Assembly (NCBI GenBank): GCA_965112735.1
Contig: OZ218963.1
Location: 558,001 to 622,000 of the forward strand
Origin: Phaeosaccion multiseriatum
Taxonomy: Eukaryota > Protista > Ochrophyta, other classes
Length of the DNA stretch: 64,000 bases
Direction: 5' to 3'
The notes beneath the pieces are model-generated. The model was given only the letters and a program-made list of their open reading frames with translations. It made no database searches and had not been told where the DNA came from. The position numbers and the translations under genes were made by a program. Shown here piece by piece: positions 1 to 11,937 of this stretch; the stretch's first letter is position 1, and each line of letters begins with the position of its first letter.

Positions 1-496
1 GGTGGATCTATGCCTGTTTGTCAGCCCTTCGCGGGCTTGCATCCACAGTGGCCCAACATGTTCTCGTCCAGACCCTCACAGCTCTCAGTCTTGGTGGCTC
101 TGTCTATGCTCGTGAGCTGTGAGGCGCTGAACATGGCCCAGCGACTGTATACGTGGCACTTTGGTGTATACTCCTCCCTCTGCCCTTCCTCACTCCCTCA
201 CTCCCTCTCTCCTTCCCTCCCTCCCCTCCCTGTCTCTCCTCCTCCCACCTCTTTCTTCGGCCCCATCCCTACGCCCTCCTCCACCCCCCCACAACCACAC
301 ACCCCCTCACCCGCTTTACCGAATTCATCTTAACACACCCCACACCCGCTGCGCGCGCCGCACAATTCCCTCTCCCTCTCTATCTATCTATGCCTCTCTC
401 TCTCTCTCGTTGTCTCTCTCTCCCTCTCTCGTACTACCTCTCGCTCTCTCCGTACCTCCCTCCCTTCCCCCCTCGTTCGCTCTCTCTCTCACTCAG

Positions 497-1111
497 GTGA
501 ACCGACTGATGGACATCATCATCAACTCCCTCTACAAAAACAAGGAAATCTTCTTGAGGGAACTCATCTCCAACGCCAGCGACGCCCTCGATAAGATCCG
601 CTTCCTCTCTGTGCAGGACAAAGATCTGCTTGGCGACACACGCGAACTTCGGATTCGAATCAAGGCAGATGCTGCGGCCCGTACCCTCACCATCAGTGAT
701 ACTGGAGTGGGTATGACGAGGGCCGACCTCATTGCCAACTTGGGAACCGTGGCCAAGTCAGGTAAGGGATGGCGGTGGATGGAAGGGGAGAGGGAGGGAG
801 GAAAGGGGGGAACTGAGTGGAGTGGAGTGAGTGGGTCAGGAGGAGGAGGAGGAGGAGGAGGAGGAGGAGGAGGAAGAAGAGGAGGATGGCAGGACCATAC
901 CTTACTGTCCTCACCTACTCACACCCCTCATCACTCCGCTCACGCACCCCTTCAACCCCCCACCTCCCCGCGCCTCCTCCCTCCTCCCTCCTCTTCCTCC
1001 TCCTCCTCCCTCCTCTTCCTCCTCCTCCTCCCTCCTCCTCCTCCTCCTCCTCCTCCTCCCTCCTCCTCCTCCTCCTCCTCCTCCTCCTCCTCCCTCCTCC
1101 TCCTCCTCCTC

Positions 1112-1146
<35 letters not shown>

Positions 1147-1161
1147 CTTCTCCTCCTCCTC

Positions 1162-1196
<35 letters not shown>

Positions 1197-4100
1197 TCCT
1201 CCTCCTCCTCCTCCTCCTCCTCCTCCTCCTCCCCCTCCTCCTCCTCCTCCTCCTACCCCACTTCACAGGGACCTCAAACTTTGTCGAGGCCCTTACCGAG
1301 GGCGGCGACCTCTCCCTCATTGGACAGTTCGGGGTAGGCTTTTACTCCATCTACCTCGTGGCGGACAAGGTTCAGGTCAGTTTCCAGTTTGGATTTGTGC
1401 AGTGCAGGTCAGGTTCTTACTGTGTAAGTTTTTAGTTTCAGTGTCACAGGCTGAAAGCTCTCGCTTGCGGTGTTTACGGCTCACCAGTTATGCCTTGTCA
1501 GCTTACCTTTTTTATTCATTTTTGATTCATTTGTCATCCATCCCGTGTCGAATGTGTCGATCGATCTCAAATGTGTATATTATGTCGATGTATGTCGAAA
1601 TCGATAAAAAAAAAAAAAAAAAAACGATTCCGTGTACGCAGGTTATCTCCAAGAACAACGCTGACGACCAGTATGTTTGGGAGTCCACGGCTGACTCCCA
1701 ATTCACTGTCAGCAAGGACCCCCGGGGAAACACCCTCGGCAGGGGCACAGACATTGTGCTGCACTTGAAGGAGGACGCCGGTGAGGGGATGGCAGTGGAT
1801 GGGGTGAGGGGGGTTGGGAAGTAGTGGATGGCCGTGGATGGCAGTGGATGGGCAGTGGATGGCAGTGGATGGCAGTGGATGGGCAGTTGGCAATGGGTGG
1901 ATGGTCAGGACAGTGGGTGGGTGTCAGGACAGAGGGTGGGTGTCAGGACAGAGGGTGAGGGGAGTGGTTGCGTGCTTGGGAGGGTGGATGGGGAGCACTT
2001 GCACTTGTAGAGGAATAATACGGGCATATGGGCATGGACTGGGGCAGCCGGGAGAAGTGGGCTTCGCTAACAAACAACTGAATCTCCTCTCTGCCTCCAT
2101 CTCTAACCCTCCCTCCCTCCCTCCCTCCCCCCCTCCCTCCCTCCCATCCTCTCTCCCTGCTTCCCTCCCTCCCTCCCTCCCTCCCTCCCTGCTTCCCTCC
2201 CTCCTTCCCTCCCTCCCTCCCTCCTTCCCTCCCTCCCTCCCTCCCTCCCTCCCTCCCTCCCTCCCTCCCTTCCTCCCTCCCTCCCTCCCCATCCACTGCC
2301 ATCCATACCCATCCATCTGCAGGAGAGTTCCTTGAGAAAGCCACACTGGAGGGGCTTGTGAACCGTTACAGCGAATTCATTGCCTTCCCCATTTACAACT
2401 GGGAGGAGAGCACAGTGCAAGTGGCCGTGGAGGAGGAGGAGGAGGAAGGGGAGGAAGTGGAAGACCTTGACGCGGAGGGGGGGGGGGCTGGGGCGGAGGG
2501 GGACGAGGGTGGTGACGATGAGGACGAGGAGGAGGAGGAGGAGGAAGAGGAGGAGGAGGAGGAAGTGCAGATGAAGTCCGTAAAGGTAGGGAAGGAAAAG
2601 GGCCTTGTCTCTCCGTGTTGTCTGTGGCGTTGGGCTACACATGAGGCTTCTTCTTCTTCTTCTTCTTCTTCTTCTTCTTCTTCTTCTTCTTCTTCTTCTT
2701 CTTCTTCTTCTTCTTCTTCTTCGTCTTCTTCTTTCTTCCAACTCCTCCTCCTCCCTTTCCCTCTTCTCTTCCCCTTTCTTGGCGAAACATCCCAAAAAAG
2801 GTGTGGGACTGGAGAAAAGTCAACAACAATCAGGCTCTGTGGGCGCGTGACAAGAGCGAGATTGACGATGACAGTTACAAGGCGTTTTACAAGAGTATGA
2901 CCAAAGACTATGCGGACCCGGCCACGTGGATACACTTTAAGGCGGAGGGGGAGGTGGAGTTCAAGGCAAGTTGGTGATACAGCAGGAGGGAGGAGGGGGA
3001 GGAGGGGGAGAGGAGGAGGAGGAGGAGGAGGAGGAGGGGGAGGAAGGGAGGGGAAGGAGGGAGAGGAGCGTTTTGCCACACGAAGAACATTCTCCCACTG
3101 GGACTTTTTTTACGTCAGCCCTGCCCTGCCTGCCCTGTCTAACCCTTCCTTGAAACTGGAACTGAAACTGTGCTGCCACAGTCCATCCTGTTTATCCCTA
3201 GCGTGGCTCCGAGCGACATGGGCGACAAGTACTACGACAAGTTTGCAGGACTGAAGCTCTACGTGCGGAAGGTGGGCAGCGAGGGAGGGAGGGGAGGGAG
3301 GGGAGGGAGGGGAGGGAGGGAGGGATGGGAGTGATAGGGTGAGTGAGTGGAGCGAGGGGGTGAGTGAGTGAGGAGTGAGTGAGGGAGTGAGGGAGGGAGT
3401 GAGGGAGTGTGTGGTGTAGGGATGGCTATGGCACACAGAGAGAGGGTGGGGGGAGGGGGAGGGGGAGAGAAAAGGAGAACAGAAAGGGAGAGAGGGAGAG
3501 AGAGGGCGACGAGAGCAGCAGAAACCAGAACCAGCTTCTGAGCACGAAAACAGCAGAACAAGCTTCTGGCTAGGCCCTTTACTGACCTCCGACCACGCTC
3601 CCTCCTTCCCCCTCCACCTCCTCCTTCTCCTCCTTCTCCTTCCCCTCCTGCTCCTCCTCCTCCCCCTCCTCCTCCTCCTCCTCCTCCTCCTCCTCCTCCT
3701 CCTCCTCTTCCTCCCCCTCCTCCCTCTCCTTCTCTTACAAAAACACGTAACCCCCTCCCCACACACACACGCACCCACACCCACACACACGTTGGTGCTA
3801 CGCACTCACAGGTGCTAATCACGGACGAGTTCGAGGATTTCCTGCCCAGGCACTTCAACTTCATCAAGGGAGTGGTGGACAGTGACGACTTGCCCCTCAA
3901 CGTGTCCAGGGAAACGTTACAGCACAACAAGGTCAGTCAGTTGTTGCAGTTGCAGTTGCAGTTGCGGATGAGTTGCGAATGGAGAAGGAGTGTTGTGAAT
4001 TGTATTAGATGCACGTTGTCGGCATGGTACCAAGCGAGCGAGCGAGAGAGAGGAAAAGGGGGGTAATCAATTCTGAAACTGCAACTGTACCTGTCGGAAC

Positions 4101-4366
4101 TGAAATGAACAGGTGCTGAAGGTGATGGCCAAGAAGCTTGTCCGCAAGACTCTCGAAATGCTCAAGAAGCTCTCCACAGAGGTAAGCCATGAGTGATTAA
4201 GTCACTGAGGGCAGTAAGGCATGAGTGATGATGTCAATGATGGCAGTAAGTCATGAGTGATTATGTCAATGATGGCAGTAGAGACTCTACTCTCCGCACA
4301 GAGAGGAAGGAGGATGCCAGTTTGCCGCCGTGAAGCGCATCATCATCATCATCATCATCATCATCC

Positions 4367-4405
<39 letters not shown>

Positions 4406-7220
4406 CATCATCATCATCATCACCATCATCATTATCATCATCGTCATCATCACCATCATCATCATTATTATCATCACTATCAGCATGATCATCATCATCA
4501 GCATCCCTTTCGTTGACTTATCATCACTTTCATTGATCCCTTTCACTCACTCCATCGTGTATACACCCAAACAGGAGCCCGAGGTGGACGAGGTGACAGG
4601 AGAGGCCAAGGAGCATCCTTACGTAAGTTTCTGGAACAACTTCGGCCGATCCATCAAGATGGGCGTCATCGAGGACAAGGCCAACAGGAGCAAGCTCACT
4701 AAGCTGCTTAGGTAAGGGGGTGGGTGGGTTGTAAGTCAATGGGTGGGTGGGTTGTAAGTTCAATGGGTGATTGCGTGGGTGGGTCGGTAGTACGTCGTTG
4801 AGGACAAAGGCCAACGGGACCAAGATCATCAAGCTGCTCACAGGAAGGGGTTGATGGTTTTGGGTCCGCTTCCCCTCCTGCCCAATACCCGTATGTATGC
4901 CTTTTCCTGTCCTCCTTCTGACACACGTTCAGCACAAGCTGAGTCGTCTTGCCTGGCTTCTTGCCTGCCCATATGCCTGCATGACGGCCTGTCTATGTCT
5001 ACCTGTCTACCTGTCTACCTGTCTACCTGTCTACCTGTCTACCTGTCTACCTGTCTACCTGTCTAATCCCCCCGCCCCCCGCCATATGCGTACCTGCCTG
5101 CCCTTTCCTGCCCATACGCCTCCTCCTCCTCCTCCTCCTCCTCCTCCTCCTCCTCCTCCTTCTCCTCCTCCTGCTCCTTCTCCTCCTCCTCCTCTTCCTC
5201 CTCTTCCTCCTCCTCCTCCTCCTCCTCCTCCTCCCGCTCTCTACACTAGATACACGTCCAGCAAGAGCGAAGGTGCCCTCGTCAGCTTCGATGATTACAT
5301 TGAGCGAATGCCCGAGTGGCAGACCGACATCTACTACATGGCAGGGGAGAACGAGGTGAGGGAGAGAGGGAGGGAGAGAGGGAGGGAGGGAGGGAGAAAA
5401 TGCTTGAGTACTCTTTACTTTTGTACGGTGCTCAATCAGAAGCGGAGACCCCATCCCTCTCTAACGATGTATTTCCTCGCCCCGTCTCTGCTCTTGATTG
5501 CCATCCATCCACTGCCATCCCTAGGCTGCCCTGGATAAGAGCCCCTTTATGGAGAAGATGAAGGCCAAGGGGGTGGAGGTGAGAGGCGTGGCAGAGGCTT
5601 GGGTTGGGAGTACCAGTTGGTGATACAGAGTGAGGCAGGGAGGGAGGGAGGGAGAGAGGGAGGGAGGGAGGGAGGGAGGGAGGGAGGGAGGGAGGGAGAG
5701 AGGGAGGGAGGGAGAGAGGGAGAGAGGAGGGAGGAGGGAGGGAGGGGGTGGGGGAGGGAGGGAGGGAGGGAGGGAGGGAGGAAGGGAGGGAGGGAGGAGG
5801 CAGGGGGTGGGGGAGGGAGGGATAGAGGGAGGAGGGGGGGTGGGGGAGGGAGGGAGGGTTGGAGGTGAGGTTGCGTGGATGGAGTGGATGGTTGAATAGT
5901 TGAGTGGTTGGTTCTCTCTGTGCACACTTACGTCAGCAAGACGCGTGTGAGTGTCATGTTTGTTTGTCCGTTTAATACCTCTGATGTACGCTCGCTCCCT
6001 CCCTCCCCCCCCCTTCTCCTCCACCCCCTCCCTTCTCCTCCAACCCTCCCTCTCCTCTCTCTCCTTCATCCTCTCCTCCCTCTCCCTCCCTCCCTCCCTC
6101 CCTCCCTCCCTGTGTCACCAATAGGTTCTGTACCTTGTCGACGCTGTGGATGAATACACCACGCAGCACGTGACGGAGTATGAGGAGCACAAGCTTGTCA
6201 GCGTGACCAAGGAGGGCTTGTCGCTGGGGGATGAGGACCAGGGGCTTGTGAAGCGGAGAGAGAAGCACTACAAGAGCATGTACAAGCCTCTGACGGGTTA
6301 CCTCAAGAAGGTACACGAGAGAAAGGGAGAGAGAAGGGGCTAGAGATGGACATGGGTTTGTGCAGCTTCATGGAAGGGGAGAGATGGAGCCCTCCCCCCT
6401 CCCATCCCTCCCTCCCCCCATCTACTGCCATCCATCCCTCCCTCCCTTCACTCCCCCAACACTTCCACTCCCCCATTCCTTCACCCCCACTCCGTTCACC
6501 CCCCTCCCTGCCCGTCGCTCCTTCCCCCTCCCTCTCCTCCCTCCCTCCCTCCCTCCCCTCCCTCCCTCCCTCCCCTCCCTCCCTCCCTCCCTCCCTCCCT
6601 CCCTCCCCCCATCTACTGCCATCCATCCCTCCCTCCCCTCAGCTGTACGGGTCGAAGGTCAGCAAGGTCATCACCTCTGAACGAGTGGACACTGCCCCTT
6701 CTGTGATTGTGACGGGGCAGCACAGTTACAGCGCCAACATGGAGCGGATCATGAAGGCTCAAGTGTTCGGGGACAGCAAGGTGGGTTGTGAGTGATGGAT
6801 GCATGTATCGATGGATGGATGGATGGATGGATGGATAGTAACGAAGTTATGTGTCGATAGATGGATGGATGGATATTAACGAAGTTGAACTTGAGCTGGA
6901 ACACTTTGAATTTGTCTTGAACTTGCAGGGGATGGAGTGCAAGTTGAAGTTGAGATAGATATACGCATGTATGGATTGAAGGATATATTAACGAGCACTT
7001 CCCTGAATTGTGTTGAACTTGCAGGGGATGGAGTACATGTTCTCTGGCAAGACGATGGAGCTCAACCCAAGGCACCCCATTGTGGCGGAGCTGCTCAGCA
7101 AGGTCAGTAAGATGGTAATGGATGGTGTGTGTCAGCAGGATGGGAATGTCCTTACTCTCATCCTCGTCCTTACCCTCACCCCTCACCCTCACCCTCACCC
7201 TCACCCCTCACCCTCATCCT

Positions 7221-7253
<33 letters not shown>

Positions 7254-7278
7254 CCGCACCCTCACCCCTCACCCTCAC

Positions 7279-7315
<37 letters not shown>

Positions 7316-7373
7316 CCCTCACCCTCACCCTCACCCTCAGCCCTCACCCCTCACCATCACTCCTCACCCTCAC

Positions 7374-7405
<32 letters not shown>

Positions 7406-8173
7406 GACACTGCCCCACCACTGACTCTCTGCTTCAGGTGGAGGAGGAAGGTCTGGAGGGCACGGAGGAGGAGGGATCCGACCCCAGCACCGCTGCCGGG
7501 AAGGTAAGATTACATAAGACTACTTGAGATTACATAAGGTTGCATGAGCGTGTTTGTAGATCCATGTGAAGGAAGGGCGACCAGACGAAGGGCAGCTTCC
7601 ATCTACCCCATACCCTATACCCCATACCCCATACCCTATGCCCCATACCCCATACCCCATACCCCATACCCTACACCCGACATACCCCATACCCCATACC
7701 CTACTCCCGACATACCCCATACCCCATACCCTACACCCGACATACCCCATACCCGATACCCTGTACCCACTACCCCCCTTTACCCCATACCCTCACCTCA
7801 CCTTCATCCCCCCCCCCCCCCCCCCCCCCCGTATACTCCCTCCCCAATCACACGACTGTAACGGCTACAATCATAACTTGTCATCGTCGACACAACATAA
7901 CATAATTCACAGGTGGCAGACATGGCCTGGATGATGTACGACACCTCCATGGCGGCGAGCGGTTTCACCATTGACGCCAACGACGGTTTCTCAGACCGAA
8001 TGTTCCGCTCCATGGGGCACAACTTGGGTATCGCAAGCCCGATGGAGCTAATGGCTGAGCCAGACTTGCCGGAGGAAGAGGAGGAGGAGGACGAGGTGGG
8101 GGGAGGGTTTGGTGATATGCCTCTTGATTTGGATGATCTCGACCTTGACGGAGATGGGGGGGAAGAGCTCTGA
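497..8173 (+). CDS. HSP90B1: Endoplasmin / GRP94 (ER Hsp90), multi-exon, 5' end upstream of window
   Basis: Spliced exons 497-761, 1269-1375, 1642-1780, 2323-2585, 2801-2965, 3182-3271, 3812-3931, 4113-4181, 4575-4711, 5250-5355, 5525-5578, 6125-6310, 6643-6780, 7025-7102, 7438-7503, 7913-8173. Hsp90 motifs: [58 protein letters not shown]. The acidic tail ends GEEL (KDEL-like), not MEEVD. Confidence 0.97.
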
Positions 8174-8817
8174 GCGTTGGAGGCTCCTCACCTCTTTTTC
8201 CTCTCAGTCTCCCTCATCTGAGGTCATCTGAGAGCATATCGGTCATCTGAGAGCCTATCGGTCATCTGAGAGCATGTCGGCCCCGACGGCCCCGCCCTCT
8301 CCCCTCTGAGCTCTCTCTCTCTCACTTGTCACTTTGTCATGTCTGTGCTCTGTGTTGCCATTTGTGAGGTCCAAGGTGCTACTCACGGCATGGTACTTAG
8401 TATTACGTAACAATTGTCTTGGGGGTGCCATGCACATCGTATGTATCTGAAGATGAAGGAATGGATGAAGGAATGAATGAAGGAATGAATGAAGGGTCAA
8501 TCCAAATGAACATTTTGAGTGTCTCCCGGCCTTTCCTTCGCTCGGCTTAAAACTTGGCTTTTGACTGGCCCGTTTGTCCTCAACCCACTGCTTCTCCTTC
8601 TCTTTCCGGTCCGACTCCACCTACATACTCAATGCTGTCCAAGTGCGACGATGGCGGGTGTGGCTGCGGGTGGCTGCGTGGTGCTGCTGCTGCTTAGATA
8701 CCCAAAGACAACAAACACCTTCACCTTTGTTGCCGTATCACCAACTGCTGTGTCACGAATTGCTTTTGCCATTTGGTCACCAACTAAGCCCCAAGTGCTT
8801 CCTCCGTTCCACCGTAC

Positions 8818-11711
8818 TCATCGAGCAGCACTGAGACCCGTGGACAGCAGCTCTTTTGGATTCGTTGACTGCGGCTTCTTCTTCTGCTGCTGTTGCTGCG
8901 ACTGCTGCTGCTTCTTCTGCTTCTTCCCACCTCCCCCCCCGCCGCCGCCCCCCCCTCCTCCTCCCTTTCCATTCGGCCTCTTCTTCCCCTTATTCTGATT
9001 CGGCGCACCACCCCCTTCTGCCGCTGCTGTGGGTTTGTCTCCTTCCGCCATACTGCGCACGAGAGCGAGGAGGAGGAGGAGGAGGAGGAGGAGGAGGAGG
9101 GGGAGGAGGAGGAGGGGGGGGAGGGGAAGGGGGAGCAGGACGACGAGAAGGACAGCAGGAGGAGGAGGAGGAGGGGGAAGAGGAGGAGGAGGAGGAGGAG
9201 GGTGGGGGGGAGGAGGAGGAGGAGGAGGAGGAGGGGGAAGAGGAGGAGGGGGAGGGGGAGGAGGAGGAGGAGGAGGAGGAGGAGGAGGGGGAGGAGGAGG
9301 AGGAGGAGGAAGAGGAGGGGGATGAGAGACAACACACGTAGTGTAGATATACGACATGAGGGAGAGAGGATAACTTCCTGATCGATAAGGCAATAGAGCG
9401 AGACAAAAGACAGGGTCCGAGAGCACGTTATGTTTTCATGTGTGTGTATGTGTGTCTGTGTGTGTATGTGTGTCTGTGTGTGTGTGTGTGTATGTATGCG
9501 TGTGTGTATGTGTGTGTGCGTGTGTGTATGTGTGTGTATGTGTGTGTATATGTGAGGGCCACATACACCCCATAGACAGCGTGTAGTCATTCACTCATCC
9601 TTCTCTACGTAAGTACTACGTAAGTACGTACGTACCCGAATCTCTTCATCCGCTCCTCCCTCTTGGCAAGCTCCTCCTCCTCTTTGTTGGTGAAGCCGAA
9701 CCTGTTCCAGTTTCAGTTTCGGTTTCATGTTCAGTGCTTTCTTTCCCCTCTTCAATTAAAAGGTGATGAACGATAGATACCCAGATTTAGACTGTGTCAA
9801 GTCAGCCAAGCCAAGAAATCGAAACTCTTACTGCTGCTCCACACGTACCTCTTCTGCCGTGCTTGGCGCTTCTCCTCCTCCAGTTCTTTGCAGGGCAGTC
9901 CTGTGTTTGGTCAACAGACGGGCGGAGACGACAAACATAAGTCAATACACAGCCCAGGAGGGGTAAGACGAGGGCGACAAAAGCAAGATCGATCCATCCA
10001 CTCACCCCCTCCCTCACTCACTCGCTCCCTCACTCACTCACTCACTCACTCACTCACTCACTCACTCACCCCCTCCCTCACTCACTCGCTCCCTCACTCA
10101 CTCGCTCCCTCCCTCCCCGCCCCTTCTTTCCCTCACTCACTGCCTCTACTCCCCCACCCAGTCATTCACTCACTCCCTCACTTACTCACACCCTCACTTA
10201 CCCACTCACTCACTCACTCGCTCACTCACTCACTCACTGCATTAGGAATAGCCACTCGCAACAATCCTGCTACCGAGCCAGTTCGCTACATTATACAACT
10301 CACTCCCTGCCTCCCTCACTCAATCATTCCCTCCCTCCCTCCCTGCCTGCCTGCCTCACCCACCCACCCACTCCCTCACTCCCTCCCTCCCTCACTCCCT
10401 TCCTGCCTGCCTCACTCGCCCACCCACCCACTCCCTCACTCACTCACTCACTCACCGAAGCGCTCGGCCCTTTTCTTCTTCTTCTCTACTAACTCCTTCT
10501 TCTGTTCCTCGGTCAAGCCAGCACTGCTCTCTCCTCCACCTGCGTTTGCTGCTGTACCACCAACTGCCTCCCCTGTCCCCTGACCGAAGCGTGCCTCTCT
10601 AGCCTTTCTCTTGTCCGTCTCCGAAAGAGGGAGGTTGAACCTCTCCGCGCGTTTCTTAAGCTTCTCTGTCAGGCTCTCGCTCTCCCCAGCAGCAGCATCG
10701 CCGGTTCCTTCCGTCTCTGGGGCCGCTGTATCACCAACTGCTATGCTTGGCTCTTCAGCCTCGTCTGCAGCTGGGGCTTGCGTCTCACCACCCGCCTCTG
10801 ATGCCGGCTCCGGGGAGGATGCAGCCGCCACTTTGGGTAGCGCTGCTGCTGTATCACCAACTGCTGGAGCTGCGGAATCTGCTGCTGCTGCTGCTGCTGG
10901 TGGTGGTGGTGTATCACCAACTGTTGCGGGCTTGGCAACAGAGTCCGCACTCAAGGAGACTCCAAACTCCTCTTCGTCCAAGGCAGCCTTATCGAAAAGT
11001 GTGCGTGTGTTATATGTAGATTCAGTACGAAGAGAGAGAGAGAGAGTGGAAGGAGGGAGGGTAGGAGGAGGAGGAGGAGGAGGAGGAAATATAATACAAT
11101 TTTCAAAAGAGGATAAGAAGGAGAAGGCCCGATTAGAGAACACCACACGAGGCACACGAGGCAGCCGCACGGATAGGGAGCATGACGAAATGACGCAAAG
11201 ACGAAGAGGCACCATTGCCCTGTTCTCCCTCTTGCATTGGAAACGCTATCGATCTAATAAGAACCCCTCAAGAGAGCCCCCCACCCCAATCAGTAAACGG
11301 TGAGGGGACAGAGGAGGGGGAGAGAGAGGGGAGATACGAAGAGAGGGAGACTGAAGAGTGAGGCTGCCAGACAAGAAAGGGAGGAGGGAAAGAGAGAGAG
11401 AGGCGAGACATTCCGCTGCACCCTTCACCTGGAGTCTTTGCACAAGGTCTTGCTTCAGTCCTGAGGTATCCAGCTTCCTATTTGCGAGCTCCGTCTTCAG
11501 TTCAGCCACCTAAGGAGAGGCAGTGTGTGTGTGTGTGTGCATGTGTGAGTGAGAGAGAGAGAGAGAGGAGGGGTGGGGGGAGGGTATGGAGCTTCGAGAG
11601 AATCCTTGACCAGGCAAGGGTCAATCAAAAAGCAAGGAAGATCTACGTCTCAAGCTCCTCACACCGCCAGAGTCCCTCTACCTTCATCTTGGAGGGGTTC
11701 ATGTCAGGCAT
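8818..11711 (-). CDS. SARNP: SAP-domain RNA export protein (Tho1/SARNP/MOS11 family)
   Basis: Approximate exons 11682-11711, 11429-11509, 10457-10987, 9849-9901, 9636-9701, 8818-9053. SAP motif [33 protein letters not shown], then repeated R-x-x-R-F-[GN] motifs (KRAERFN, REARFG, RAERFG, RQKRFG, RMKRFG). Confidence 0.85.
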
Positions 11712-11937
11712 TATGGATCGCCGATTTGTGATTAGGGTGTTTGCTTGTTCGGGTGGGAGAGTTCAGTGGGTAGGTGGGTAGAGAGAGGGAGAGTTCACAG
11801 GTTGAGCAGGTTTCTCAACCCCCCGGGGCATTCCAGGCGTACGGGTCAGGCTTCTGTGACTTCACCCTCCTCTACCAACCCGATCATCATTCATAGAGCT
11901 TCTTCTGCAGCTCTTTGCTTGCTTGAATACGCACACA
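11712..11937. promoter_or_regulatory. Probable bidirectional promoter
   Basis: Only 226 bp separate the divergent start codons of the SAP/Tho1 gene (11711, -) and the reductase gene (11938, +). Confidence 0.55.

Noticed and set aside
1-170. Coding-like complex sequence at the window start
   Set aside because: No frame matches Hsp90 or anything I recognise, and it is too short and truncated to call.
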